DNA of 62,183 nucleotides, the filler included, from Sphacelaria rigidula (Eukaryota), in the NCBI GenBank assembly GCA_964200075.2. It is 11 parts of 11 records of this genome, joined end to end, with 100 filler letters (N's around TTAATTAATTAA, not from the genome) between each part and the next. Parts side by side here need not be neighbours in the genome. Positions count along the whole stretch, not along the records: positions 22,650 to 28,211 come from CAXNAA020026310.1; positions 28,312 to 33,873 come from CAXNAA020026311.1; positions 33,974 to 39,535 come from CAXNAA020026312.1; positions 39,636 to 45,197 come from CAXNAA020026313.1; 7 more parts are not named here. The stretch is one strand, 5' to 3'. A model generated the notes under the pieces. That model ran no database searches, was not told the DNA's origin, and was given only the letters and a program-made list of their open reading frames with translations. Both the position numbers and the translations under genes were made by a program. This document shows, one piece after another, positions 26,416 through 39,732 of this stretch. Position 1 is the stretch's first letter. Every line of letters begins with the position of its first letter.

Positions 26416-28399
26416 AAAATTTATTTTTCGATACGTAAGAAGTAACCTTAGTAGAGGTATCTCAATCTCGGCTCCCGGTATCCGGGTTTGCTTTTTTTCT
26501 ATTTTTTTAAGTGAACGTGATGCCGATTCATCAGATGATGAGACCCGTTGACCGCCAGGTCAGGTCCTCCTATGAATCGCGATCACTTTCACTTGAAAAA
26601 ATAGTACACAACTCAGAGCCAGCGAATAAACCAGAGGATACGGGGAGCCGAGTTTGAGATACTTCTATTAGGGCTTGTCTTACCACTTTCCTTTTCGATC
26701 GAAAAAATGGGGCGGTGGAATCGATTTGAGCGAAATTTTATCGTTTTGATGCAGTTGGGTCCAGATAGATTTTCAAGCTCTCGATCAAAAAAAGACGGTG
26801 AAATTCGCAAAACGGTACGTGTCACTCGTGTACAGTACGGACGACCTGTACTGTCTGTACTGCTTGCAAGCAGTGTCTTGAGTGCGCGCGTGCGTGTTTC
26901 GTACAGGAGGATATGAAAGAGAAGCGAGCAACGTGCAGTGCAGACAGCCCAGGATTATCTGTTCTCTCTGCTCACAATGCGACGTGAAAAGGACTTCAGG
27001 AACGTGCAGCGTTGCATTGCCTGCACTGCCCATGAGCGTGCACGCAACTCGGTTGCCCACCGTGCCACACAGTTCTGTCGCTGATTACTACCATGAAGGA
27101 AGACGCGCAAGTTTTCGCCAACAAAAAATAAACAAAGCACACGCAACTACTGCAGTGTATATATCCCTGAGCTCAACTCGTGCTCTATGCTGCAGGGTTG
27201 CGGTGGTAGCTAAGAATGAGGTGGATGGAGTTTGCATGGTCCTGTGAACAGGTGTTTCGTCTGGCGTGGTGGTCTGTAAGATACGAGTCAAGTGTTGCTT
27301 CGTGCGTTTCGATAACATGTTTTCGATCGAAAACATTTACTTTTTGCCTAAAATGTTTTTTCTCCGCGCGTCAGCAATTATAATTTTGAGTTGAAGCCTT
27401 CTAGGAAGATGAATGCGGTGGACCTATCAGAGATCGGCAACAGAAATTTCGACAGCACTTTTTCGATCGAAAGGAAAAGGTGTTAAGACACACCCTTAGC
27501 TTAATTTCGAGAGTTGAACTATCAAGTCTGATTTGGGGCATGGATAGAGCGTAATCAAAGATAATGCTTCGGGATGGATTTTGTTTTCCTCGTGAGTTAG
27601 CGGTATTATCTGCCGTGCATACGGCATGAACTATGCGCACATGGTTCGAGATCCCTCCGGGATGAATCAAATTTGCGCTTTCCCAAGCAGCGACCGGTAC
27701 AAGAAACGTGATTTGTACACATCTTGTACTCTTGATTCGTGTGACACTATAGGGAACGTACACGATCCCGTAATTAATTCGTCCGATACTACCTCGAACG
27801 CACAATTTTCTCATTCGTGATTCAGGCCCAACATTATCGACACCGTTTTTTCGGAGATCTCTGAAATTTCCGGGACTGATCAGGTATCTGATGGCTCTCG
27901 AATGCTTGCGAGGGCCACGGCGTACACGCAAAGTAGCTCTCGGAGAGTGCTGCGTTGCAGTTTGAATATTTCGGGCTTGCCCAATGATAGTTCGGAGAAA
28001 GCATCAAGTCGCTTCGTTTTCGGAGTCTGAATGCAGAGTTCGAAGAGTCCGAAAATTTCTGAGATATCCGACAAAAAACAGAGTCGATAATAGTGGACCT
28101 CGAGCGGAGTCGACCGGTATGAACTCTGATTCATCTAATCCTTGTATTCATTCACGGTTAGGGCAAATAATGAGTCGTCAGGAAATTACTTGGTTCTAGT
28201 ATAATAAGTTGNNNNNNNNNNNNNNNNNNNNNNNNNNNNNNNNNNNNNNNNNNNNTTAATTAATTAANNNNNNNNNNNNNNNNNNNNNNNNNNNNNNNNN
28301 NNNNNNNNNNNAAAACCCTTTTCTCTAGGCTCCTGGGTTAGCGTCGAGTGGCAGCGATGCTGTGAAAACAAGTCCACAGAGTTTGCACATGAAATATAC

Positions 28400-29165
28400 A
28401 GCCTGCCATCATACATACTTCGTATACCAGAGATCAACAACGGACAACGAATAATTCTACCGACCAACAGACGCAATAGACATGAAGTTGCTCAAGTAAC
28501 AAACATGGAATAGCGAAGCTAGCCATTTTTCTTTGCACAACCAGAACAAAGCCTGAACATAGACACGGCACAGCGAACCTAACCATTTTCTCTTTGCATC
28601 GCTAGAACATAGACCGGATATAGATGATGGACAACGAAGCTGACCATTCTTCCTCTGCACTGCCCAAAACATGGATTGGTTGACACCTTCTACGATAGCT
28701 CCCCCCCCCAAAAGAAATCAGGCTGAAACTGTCACGAAGAAAATGGTCGTACAGCGCCTGATGTTTGGTTTAAGGCTGCATGAAGCGTCTCATGTAGGCG
28801 GCACTGGCGAAAACAAACCCAGTAGCGTGGCAATTCGCAGCTGCTCGTGGTGCTCGGCTTTTTTCATTTCGATTTACGTGTAGATTTTGCATCCCCCATC
28901 CAGCCACTTTTCGAGGGGGGGCTATCGTGGAAAGTGTTGGTTATAGAAATGAAGTCACGAAGCTAACCAATCTTGCCTTCAAACTACCGGAATACAGAGT
29001 GGATATAGACATCAAATCACGGACCTAAATATTGTTTTCTTTACACCGATAGGAACACAGCCCGAACATAGGCATGAAATAACGAAGCTCACCATCATTT
29101 CTTTGCATTCATCAGAACACAGACCACTTACAGACACGAGGTAACGGAAATCACCATTTTCTATT
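28400..29165 (+). repeat. Degenerate ~60-bp minisatellite interrupted by a MITE
   Basis: Recurrent unit cgaagct.accatt.t.ctttgca....agaaca.ag.c.g.a.atagac on both sides of 28680-28940. Confidence 0.6.
28680..28940. mobile_element. MITE with ACACTTTCCACGATAGCCCCC-type TIRs
   Basis: gacaccttctacgatagctccccc at the left and ggggggctatcgtggaaagtgttgg at the right. A related left end occurs at ~22295. Confidence 0.7.
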
Positions 29166-29625
29166 TCCCCATTCCACAACAAAAACAATCCGGGTTCTAC
29201 CCCTCATGTCGCAACAAAAGTAAGACGGCATAAAAACACCAAAACCTGGACCTGTAAGTAATAGCTTGGAGGTTGATCCCCTCGAACACGCAAAATCGAG
29301 AACACAGAAAAGATAATGACAAGAACAGATAGAATAAGGTCACCACAGCATGTCAAATTCACATGAAGGTTGGGTCTCCCGGTGAGATACCCCAAAAACT
29401 GTACCGATTTCCATTGGGCGGTGGAAATCTGGTCAGACGTTTCCCTACAATCCTCGACATTACCTGCACAGGCGCCAAATGAAGGGGAGGGGTAGATGAT
29501 GCACGACAAAACGTCAAGGCCTGCTGCACTCACGAAACAAACACCTTGTCAGTGACCGACCACATCACCAAAAAGAAAGAGCATCAAGCGGCACGTAACA
29601 TATCTCGAGATCTTGAAGAATAGAA

Positions 29626-29966
29626 ACTACACACGCGGCCATTTGACTACCCCCCAAAATGCCTCCGGAAGGATGCGCGGCCCTCCAGAGGCAAAGCAAG
29701 TCTCCGAAGGCCTTCAATCCCTCTGGAGGAAACCAAACACTACCGACCCGGAGGGCCGCGCACCCCTCCGGGAGAATTTGGGGGTATGCGCGGTCCTCCA
29801 GAGGCAAAAACAAGCCTCCGGAGGCGTTTAATCCCTCTGGAGGAAACAACACACTCTCCTCTGGAGGGCCGCGCACCCCTCCGGAGGCGTTTAATCCCTC
29901 TGGAGGCTCGAAAAGTTTGCCCACCTGGAGGAATTTCGGGAGTAGCCAAATGGCGGCGTGTGTAGT
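29626..29966. mobile_element. TIR element with internal CCTCCGGAGG/CCTCTGGAGG repeats (CACTA-like termini)
   Basis: actacacacgcggccatttgactac at the left and gtagccaaatggcggcgtgtgtagt at the right. Three internal aatccctctggagg repeats. Confidence 0.75.
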
Positions 29967-30379
29967 ACAAAATGTTGGGGAATCGTTCGCCAACATTTCG
30001 GCAGCGAACGTCTACAAGGGAGCATCAGTGTTGTAGCGACCCAATATTGAACCGTACACGGAATGGGTAACAGGGGTTATGTACGGGACAGGCTGATGTG
30101 TGAGTAATATCTTGTGTTTTGCAAGCCCTCCTTGAACCTTGCACAGTGAAAATGACCTCCCTGGGAGAAAGTAACCAAAGCAGCAATGGGGCAAGAAGAC
30201 AGTAGATACGATCGTGGGATGCCTGGATGGTTAGCCATACAGATCGCCTCACACAAACGTGGGGAACTTATGTCAAGAGTGTTGAGCATGGCTCCAGGCG
30301 ACGAACTCACGTTGAAGGCAAGTCTTTGTGTCTGTGAGCCAGGAGGAAGTGAAAAATGCTATACCACCAAAAAGTAGTA

Positions 30380-32010
30380 GATTGGGGATATCTCAGAGCA
30401 ATGCCTTGATTACGTCCCGCTTCCATATTTAGAGGAAGCAAGCTGGATATACTCTCGAACGAGATCGAGAGAGTGACGGTAACGAAGGGTGGATGGAGAA
30501 CAACGGAGTGGACGGGTATGGAATGGTAGCGCTAGTACTTGGAGTCCCTAGCGACATGAGAATAGAGTTCAAGAGGAAATTAAAGAGGAAAATGCGATGG
30601 AGTACGATCGTACTGTTGGCAATATGACAAGTAGAAAAGGGGAGAGGACACTTTCGAGTTACACTTGAACAGAGAGCAAGCGGGGCGTGGGATAAGATGG
30701 AGACAGGTAAAGTATCGGCATCGCTTAAAACGGGTAGGATGGAGTACTTGTGCAATCAATGGAGCAGCAAACCCAAGACGTAGCCCTCGAATAAACAGAG
30801 GTAAGCGTCAGCAGTCACAAGAAAATGACCTGAAGGAAAAGGGGGGAAAATCGCGGCCTTTAGTAATTTTTATCTGAAATAATTGAAGATTTTTGTAGTG
30901 TTTTCGTAGTCGGCGATTTTCAATGATTGTTTCGCGTGCCACCGCTCATCTCAGCGAGCGGTCGATCCCAACGTTTGGGAGTCGGGAGGTATTGAGTATC
31001 CGCTCCACATTCCGAAACAAAAAGCGTCTCTTCGCTCAATATTGAAGGACTGCTGAAGTGAATTGACAGGGGGTGTTATTGACCGTATTTTGTCCAAGAC
31101 ACTTTCCTTTTCGGCTCTAGCGCAATTAATAGGTGAGATACAAAAACAAGAGTCCGTGAAATCAGTCATGAGAGTGGCCGGAAGTGGTTCACCCTCGTCT
31201 GTGCTACGCAGAGCACGGTTCTGCACTTTTCTTTTTGGGTACTTTCTGAATTGTCTTATGTAGTATCCCTCCATGGCGCTGAAACGTCTTAGCGGCGATA
31301 GATGTTGAGAAGAGAAGCAGTTCGTGCTCACAGCAGAATTCTCAATTGGCATTGTCGGGGTGATACGGCGTGAGTACCTTATTCATCAGGGGGCGTTATT
31401 GACCGTCACCGGTCTAAAGAACATGATTTTTCGGCTATACCGAAAAAAAAACACGCAGAAAATGAAAAAACTCTTCATTCGTTAAAGAAAACGATTGGGA
31501 TTACTTCAATCGAGCAAGAATACACAAGAGCCAGAACTTGGGGCTGGGTATTCTCAGGGCCCCCGAAAACCGGTGAGCCCGCAAGTCGTTTCATTATGAG
31601 CGTAGATGTGATTTTATCTCGGAGTGTGGAGGGGATGACTGAGTGTATCTCCCGATCATCAAACCTTGGCATCAAACATTCACTGGGATAAGCGGTGGCA
31701 CACCAAAACACTTTTGAATATTCCCGACCATGAAAAAAACACACGAAAATCTCCTACTCCAGATGGAAACTACTGTGAAGGAAACAAGGACCAAACTAGA
31801 AACGACAAAAAAAAAAAGGATAAAAGTAAAAACGACGGAAAGAGAACAATAGACAAACATAAAATGGATGGCGATTCGAAAAGGAAACTGAGAATAGGGT
31901 CGTGAAACGTGTGCGGATCCGCCACGGAAGAGCGCGAAATAATACAAACGGCCGAACAAGAGAGTGGGCACGACCTAGATATATAGTGGGAACCCAAGAG
32001 CCATAGGAGA
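30380..32010 (+). mobile_element. 5' part of a second family A LINE copy, split by an ~0.9-kb insertion
   Basis: 30440-30850 aligns with 17190-17600, and 31880-32010 aligns with the EN start at 17700-17825. Confidence 0.75.
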
Positions 32011-32087
32011 AATGTGCCAGGAACCGAACCCGGGTTCTCCCGACCTAGTACAGGGTGGGCCAGCCTACAAGCGGATTTGTACTTTGC

Positions 32088-32363
32088 AGGCGAATTCGCA
32101 ATTTTTTCTTGGAGTTGGAAAGTGAAAATTGGTATGGACAATCAACAGGACATGAAGAAAAGCTGTCTGTGAGGTCTCAACGATTTTTTCTTTTTTTTCG
32201 TGAGTTAAGGGCATTTTTCTAAAACCTCAAAACTGATTTTTGCCCATAATTCACGAAAAAAAATAATCGCTGGGACCTCACAGACAGCTTTTCTTCATGC
32301 CCTGTTGATTGTCCATACCAAATTTCACTTTCCAACTCCAGGAAAAAAATTGCGAATTTACCT
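32088..32363. mobile_element. Near-perfect foldback element (~125-bp arms)
   Basis: aattcgcaattttttcttggagttggaaagtgaaa..gaagaaaagctgtctgtgaggtc and its reverse complement. Confidence 0.8.
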
Positions 32364-33817
32364 TTGAAAAACCGAGGCGGCTAAAAATTGGGAACAGTAT
32401 TTTGCAGGCCGTTTATCGGCCCACGTTTGGTGTTTGTGGGTTGAAACTTTTTGCGGGGCCTTGCTAGGTCGTGATGAACCAAGACAAATGGGGGAGGTTG
32501 AGTTCTATTATTATTTGTCACTGACTGAGGGCGTTTTAGTATAGTAACGATGAGTTTTTCACGAGAACGCCTGAACCTCCCATGAAAAAAAAAATGAAGG
32601 CCCATTTTTCTCTTTTACTCAGCATACCTCTGTCGTACTTCATGCCAAGTTTCAAATCACGATTCTAAAATTGAGCGGAAAAATTGAGATAAGGCCCAAG
32701 AGCAATGTTAATTTCTCCTCAAAACCCCCCTAAAAACATGGGAACATATGAGAAAAAACAAAACAAAAAAAGCCGAAAATGCTGTGTTCTATTTTTCATT
32801 ATGCACTAGCGGTTCTCCATGCCAAATTTCATAGCTCAACTCTAAAAACCTGAGACGCGATATCCAGATTCAGGTCATCTAGTGCCTCTGCTCGCAATAT
32901 ACTAATTTTAGTATGGAACATTATGTGCGCCATTTCTCGAGATAGATAACGAATTAGGTGAAAGTGAGGGCATCTATCGTCCCCCCGTGCTCCACGGAAG
33001 GCCCACACCAAAAATCGTCATCATCCGCTTGATCGATCGCTCGGGTTTTCATATAGATATTAGTGTGGACGCTATCTCCGCTAGGTACAGGAATTACTAT
33101 ACATGAGGTTTACTCGACTAGAAAAAAATTGGCACAGATTTTTGAGTAGATGGGCACCTTCCCCTTGATTAGACGATTAATACGATATGCGGATCACGGT
33201 CCAACTCGTCTGTGTCGTTGAGATATCGCTTTGAGAGCTTAAATCCGTTTTTAGGCTGGCCAAGCTCGTAGCTTTCAGTTCTACCACGAAACCACCAAAG
33301 TATGGCGACACGCAACAACATCTTCGTGAGATTAGGAACGGATTTATATTTTGGAACGGGAGGCTTTTCGTGATTCACACCAAGACAGTCGAATCGTCCG
33401 AAGCGGCCGTCACCCCCCGAAAAGCTAGTAGTGATCTGATGGGAATTTTGGTGCAATCAGATTTGAAATCGGTGACGCCTTCCATGACATACGGCCGCAA
33501 AACTTTTCCTTTCTTTTTTTGGCACATTCTCCCTCATGACTCTGCACTTACCACGTCGTTTTTTTGTATATATATTGCACCAAAATTATCGTCAGATCAC
33601 GGGCTTTCAGCGGGGTGACTGCCCTTTCGGACAATTCAAGTATCATCGTATACATCATGAAAAACCTCCCGTTTCGCGCAAAACCTTGTTCCTAATATCA
33701 CAAACATGTCGTTACCTATATCCTTACACATATGCAGTATAAAAGCAACAAAAAGTGGTAACACACGGAAAACATACGCAAAATTTGTCATCAGTCGTTC
33801 TGGAACCCCCCCCCCGT

Positions 33818-33873
33818 TGCTCCGTCTCGAAAGGGATGCATGGTCAATGGTCAAACGACTAAGGCAAGCAACA
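33818..33873 (+). mobile_element. LINE family A 3' fragment preceded by C10, cut by the scaffold end
   Basis: ccccccccccgttgctccgtctcgaaagggatgcatggtcaatggtcaaacgactaaggcaagcaaca. Confidence 0.8.
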
Positions 33874-34104
33874 NNNNNNNNNNNNNNNNNNNNNNNNNNN
33901 NNNNNNNNNNNNNNNNNTTAATTAATTAANNNNNNNNNNNNNNNNNNNNNNNNNNNNNNNNNNNNNNNNNNNNTTATTTTGGTAATGTGTCTGGTAAGGA
34001 ATAGCAGGGATGGTATTGGAAAGGCGAGCCTACGTCTGTGACCACGGGTTCGCGAGATCGGACTAATGTGCGGAAATAATCATAATAATAAATAATAATA
34101 ATAC

Positions 34105-34330
34105 TAAAAGATACATAATGGCCACAGACGGCGAAACAGGACGGGGATACGATATGTAAAAGGTTCTTGTGAAATATACGGAAGAAACGTAATGAGCGCA
34201 GGAATGTTGGAGGTGTCTCTATTAGGGGTAGGAACGGTGCTCCGTCTCGAAAGGGATGCATGCGTGGTCAATGGTCAAACGACTAAGTCAAGCAACAAAT
34301 GAGTACGCCCCCTACCCCCCCCCCCCCGCC
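34105..34330 (+). mobile_element. LINE family A 3' fragment with poly(C) tail
   Basis: WPQTAKQDGD..VGGVSIRGRNGAPSRKG..ATN then TGA GTACG and a C-run. Confidence 0.85.
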
Positions 34331-35023
34331 CGGTTTCCCCCACGTTTGAAAATATTCACCCACCTTGCCGACACGAGGCTTTTCGACGCGAGCTGTAGTA
34401 CCAGATTGAGCTCCTGCATCATACTCTTCACGTTTGTCGAGCACGTTGCACAAGAAATAGAAGGGGGGGAAGGAAGGCCGCAGGAGATGGAGTGGGGAGT
34501 GGGGATGGGGAGTGGGGGGGTGCTCAGTACGGTGCACGATATCCAGTGGAGTTCGTCCCACTTCAGCTACAATCTACCCATGGTTTGTATTACTTTAGTG
34601 GGGCTGACAGTCCCGAGTGCTCCTAACGTAAGTAGAACGCGTTTTCGTCCAAATCGGCGACGCAGGCGTCGATTTGAGGTCTGCCAACGCACATTTTCGT
34701 CAAGGAAACCCTGTGCACACCTCTTTACCCGAGGGTTCTCGGTATGCCTCGGGTTGGAGTTGAGGTTGGGGTCAGGGTTGGGGTATTAGCGTTGTTTCAA
34801 GATTATGTCGACCATGGGCAGATTGTGGCCGGACTTGGACAAACGTACCTCGCGATTATCAATGCAGCGACAGGTTTCGAGGAAGCATTTTCGAGCATAG
34901 AGCTAACTGCCGTATGTATGTATGTATGCTTCTGTTTCTGACCACGAGCTGAAATGTTGCAATCAGCGACGTAACGCGAGATAACCCTCTCGCTGTGTTG
35001 TTTGTGTTTTATGTGTTCATGTG

Positions 35024-35030
35024 TGTTGTT

Positions 35031-35075
<45 letters not shown>

Positions 35076-35092
35076 ATTGTTGTTGTTGTTGT
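35024..35092. repeat. (GTT)n microsatellite
   Basis: Visible directly in the sequence. Confidence 0.95.
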
Positions 35093-35549
35093 CGCTGCTT
35101 CCTTTCTTTCCTTTCTGTGGCTGTTGATTCTGTATTTTTCTGTTATTTTCCTCCTTTCTTATTCAGCTTTTTTTTTGCTGTTCCTGACCACGGGCTGGAT
35201 TGTTTCAATCAGCTAATGTGAGATAATCAATGAATCACTAGATGCTTCACAGAGAAGAAAAGATTGGATCTTGAGTGACTGACCGACCAAACGAACGAAG
35301 GACCGGCCGACCAACAGCCAGATTAATAATATATGTGTATGTTTATCCGTGGATGGAGGGAGCAAGCTTTGAGTAATGCCACGGTAGGGGTGCCGTTTCT
35401 TCAGTAATCCCATATATTTGCCATCGAGAGGCTCCTACAGCAAATAGCCTCGGGGAAAACAAGTGCACTCCTACCGTGGCAGTGCTCCTTTCGAACGTCA
35501 ATTTAAAGTTCGGCACACAGTTATTTGCGTTACATACAATGCATACTCA

Positions 35550-36215
35550 GGCCGTATCTTAGACCGACTCTAGTGGGAGCCGTTCAAAATTTCTGTTCAA
35601 AACTGCCTTTTTGGCCCTTCTCCGTCGTTTTACGCCTGAAAAGAGGACTAGGCGGATGTTCACGCCTTGGAACGACTTGCTCTATTCGTTGAAACTGTTC
35701 CAGGGCAATTTTGCATTTCCCGCTGGCCGCATTTTCGTTCTTGGCCGAACACGAATTTTCAATGATGAACGGCCAAGCGATCAAAAAACAGGGGGGGAAA
35801 ATCATCACCTGACCGTTTTTTACTGAAAATCCGCGTTTGGCCTGATTTGGCCGAAGAAAAAAGTGCAGTCAGCGGGAAACGCGAACTTACCCTAGAATGA
35901 TCTCAACGAGTAGAGCAAGTCATTCCAAGGCGTCAACATCCGCCTAGCCCTCTTTCACGGCGTGATTTGACGGAGAAGGGTCCAAAAGGCAGTTTTCGAC
36001 AGGAATTTTGAACGGCTCCCATTAGAGTTGGCCTTAGCACATCATTTTCCAATGGAAAAAGTGCGGTGGAAAACAAATATTCCGATCTGATAGGTCGTGA
36101 TTTCAACCACATTCAAGATAAACTACGACAGTTAAAATCACGACCTATCCGATCGGAATATATTTGTTTTCCACCGTACATTTTCGATCGAAGAACGATG
36201 TGCTAAGACACGCCC
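35550..36215. mobile_element. Nested PIF/Harbinger-like MITEs: family X (35562-36033, TTA TSD) inside the left TIR of family Y (TCA TSD)
   Basis: TCA-ggccgtatc-TTA-[gaccgactctagtggg..cccattagagttggcc]-TTA-gcacatc..gatgtgctaagacacgccc-TCA. Confidence 0.85.
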
Positions 36216-36989
36216 TCAAGAGCATGACTTGACAAATCCGACAACAAAATTTACCATTTGCCTCGTTAATGATGACACCCTCAGAAGAGGAAACAAGCTT
36301 TCGAGTACGAGTGGGAAAAAACAATTCCGGTGCGTATGCTCAACGAATAGTAAGGCTCAACAAAAGTTCGAAGCTAAGGAGGACTTGACCGCACAAGCCA
36401 AATTTCACTTAAATATCATCTTAATCCCGATATGAGTTTCAGAGATGATCATGAGTACGGAATTGCTGCGGTATGTACGTATGCTCAGAGTCCACTTGAA
36501 GTTCCAAACGTGCTCAAGATAGGGAACCGTGTCCCACCGCAACCTGGGTTCTCGACGTATATACAGTAGTACCCGTGTACCAGAGGGTTCCTGAGATATC
36601 AACTGCCCGAAATTACTTGATGCCAGGGTAACCGAGTAGATAACCGAAAATAACTGAGTATTTCAGGTTCCCTGGAACACTGACCATACAAGTACCAGTA
36701 CCAGTACCAGTACCCGCCACACACCCGCACCCGCACCCGCACTATGAGCACATTTGAAAATAAACAGTTCTGGATGACGGACAAATAACAAAAAAATCTG
36801 GGAAATGCGGGGGGCAGGGGGGGGGTGCAGTACGGTACATGTCATGTATTTTCAGACGAGTTGCGAACGTATCAAAACCCCTGACGCACGTTATGCGTTG
36901 TCAGTGCGGGATGTACGGTCATCGAAAACGAAATGAAAACCAAAAAAAGCAGCAAAACATGTTTATACCTACGGTCAAGAGCATTGTGG

Positions 36990-38577
36990 AGCATGGACAC
37001 GTACATGGTACTATACACTCTACCTGCATGAGCGTGGTCTTCAGGTCCCCGAGGTTTGTTTTGATGACCCCGTTCATCGACCACGACTGCAGCGGCAGAC
37101 TCTTTCGGAAATGAAAACGCAAAAAGAAGGGGGGAAGAAATGTCGAAAAGGTCGCGCGGTGCGGCAGTGTTAATTAAAATTCAGACTACCAGAATGTTAG
37201 GCATACATATGTACCGGGAGGGGGATGAATCTATGATGATGATTCCGCGACACCACGTACTCCTCCCGAGCAAGGGGCGGGATTGAAGTAAAATAATGTA
37301 TGTACACGAAGCATGAAAACGGCATACGTGGCGAGGAGAGCAAAATACACCAAGAAGCCGAGCAGAGTCCAATTACATTCGATGGACGGCAGGAGAGCTG
37401 ATTCAGTACTTGATAATAGCCCAGCCAAGATGGCGGGCTCATCCCTGGAGACTATAAACTTATCTCTCAGCAGGAGCGGGGCCGGGGGGGGGGCTCCCAC
37501 GTACGACGAGACAAAAAAAGCACTAAAAGACAAAGGCCAGTCACACCTTAACTCTGACGAGTCGGGCCATCAGACGCGCTCCCGGCAGTGCCAGTTCACC
37601 GCCACCTTCACCGCCACCTTCACCGCCACCACTACTACTACTACTGCTACTAGCTGTGCCGCTGTCTTTGGTTCCGCTCCAGAGCGCTCCCTCCTTCGTC
37701 CAAGGTTCAGATGCCGCAGGTGCCGACGTCAATGCAGAGTTCTTTCCGACGGCCTGACTCCCTCGTTTTTTGTTGTTACAGTTGATGCCAAGGGAACGAA
37801 CACAACACACGGAAGAAAAAAAAACAAAAAACAAACAGACACACACATGACCCCGGGTAGTTGCGGACGTGCCATGAAGAAAAAAATAGTGTTCATGAAG
37901 CGATTGTGCCCGTGGTGGGGTGATTTTCTTACCACGTGTACCTTGCTAACGTTGGCTCGAAGCGTTATACGAGTATCCGCATCCTGTTTCAGCCAACTCC
38001 GCCTTATCAGGCCATTTTTCTACTCCTCTGCAACACTACCGCACGCGGGGAGGGCGAGTGGGTAGGTGGGCTATATCAGGCGGGAGTACTACTCGATGGT
38101 ACAGGTATCACTTCTTCCACTTGTCATGTGACCTACCCTTCCTCTGCCACTCATGATGAACGTTCGATCACCGTCAGTTCATGTTCCGAAACAGCATAAT
38201 AGGCAGACACATATTAATGGACTGTCGAGATCCATGACTTGTCGTCTGTCATTCAACGATCACATACACACAGGTGGAACGCGAGGAGCACAGAGAATCC
38301 TCCCGCCCCCCGCCCCCGCCCCCATCCCCCCACCCCCCGTTGGCTGCTGGACCTTCTTTGCAAATGTGCATTTTTTCGCTCTTCTTCTCACCTTGACGAA
38401 AACACGCGCCAGCTGCTCACGAGTCAAAGCGCCATCACCACCACCGTTGTCGCCCCGCTGTTCCTGCTCCTGGTGCTGCTCGGCGAGCGCCACAGCTAGC
38501 AAAGAGACAAATTTTGCGGTCGTCTCCCGATCCGCGTGGCGAGATATACGCCACAGCAGTTCGGCGATTTCTGGTGC
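36990..38577 (-). CDS. Probable multi-exon gene fragment, product unknown
   Basis: Clean phase-0 exon 38577-38392 (cag|APEIAELLWRISRH..RVFVK|gtgag). Weaker candidate exons end near 37933 (gtaag), 37548 (gtgtg), 37330 (gtatg) and ~37024. A full model was not resolved. Confidence 0.4.
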
Positions 38578-38761
38578 CTGGCATTAGTCACGAGAAAACA
38601 ACATCCGCGTGCGTCACAAGTCGGGACTACTGTACTGCTTGGATTTGTCGTCGTCGCGAGAAATGAAGCACAAGTCGTCGACAGTATGTTTCGTTCTATC
38701 GTGGGCAAAAGAATAAAAAAGCGCGGCAAAAGCGTTTTATTCTTCACCATGACGATCCTCA

Positions 38762-38781
38762 GAAGTAGTAGTAGTAGTAGA

Positions 38782-38820
<39 letters not shown>

Positions 38821-38878
38821 TGGTAGTGGTAGTGGTAGAGGTAGTGGTGGTGATAGTGGTGGTAGTAGTGGTAGAAGT
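38762..38878. repeat. (AGT)n/(GGT)n compound microsatellite
   Basis: Visible directly in the sequence. Confidence 0.9.
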
Positions 38879-39324
38879 AAGACGATTTTTTTTGCACACG
38901 CGTGCAGAACAAAGACGGTTAAACGCGGGCCAAGAGCATTATGGTTGTCGCACTTTGACCTTCTGGGAAGACAATACCCAAGACATCGCATGAGGTATAA
39001 CCACAAAAAAAAAAACGAAACTATCCACAACTCTTGCTTACGATACCACCTACCAAACTGGCCGAGCATGGTACGCAACGCACACGAGCACCTTGTTTTG
39101 CGGGAATGCGCATACACACTGCAAAGCATGTAAGCTACAAAAAAGCAACACCAGCAGCACCACCACCAACCAATCAACGACACAAGAACAATCGCCAACA
39201 AAGTAACCACCGTCACCACCACACAACCATCAGCACTACCATTCGCACAACAAGTACCACCAATAACACCCACAACACCATACATAATAAAAAAAGTAGT
39301 AGTAGTACATTATAAAAAAGTAGT

Positions 39325-39535
39325 AGTACTAGTACTACTACTACTAGTACTACTACTACTACGCCCTACTAAGACTACGACTACGACTACGACTACGACT
39401 ACGACTACGACTATGACTATGACTACGACTACGACTACGACTACGACTACGACTACGACTACGACTACGACTACGACTACGACTACGACTACGACTACGA
39501 CTACGACTACGACTACGACTACGACTACGACTACG
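39325..39535. repeat. (TAC)n grading into a (GACTAC)n hexamer array, cut by the scaffold end
   Basis: More than 25 GACTAC units from ~39373. Confidence 0.95.
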
Positions 39536-39732
39536 NNNNNNNNNNNNNNNNNNNNNNNNNNNNNNNNNNNNNNNNNNNNTTAATTAATTAANNNNNNNNN
39601 NNNNNNNNNNNNNNNNNNNNNNNNNNNNNNNNNNNAATAATCAGTATTATTCTTTCCCAACACTCTCCGCCCCATGCCCTTCCCCATTCCTCCCCCCCCC
39701 CCCCCCCCCCACAAAATCGATCCTCGTTACAG

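Noticed and set aside
34995..35221. Poly-Val/poly-Cys ORFs and many other short ORFs in the track
   Set aside because: They are translations of microsatellites, MITE arms or the antisense strand of real ORFs.
39373..39535. (GACTAC)n at a scaffold end as a telomere
   Set aside because: It grades from a (TAC)n microsatellite, is not a TTAGGG-type repeat, and assemblies commonly break at such arrays.
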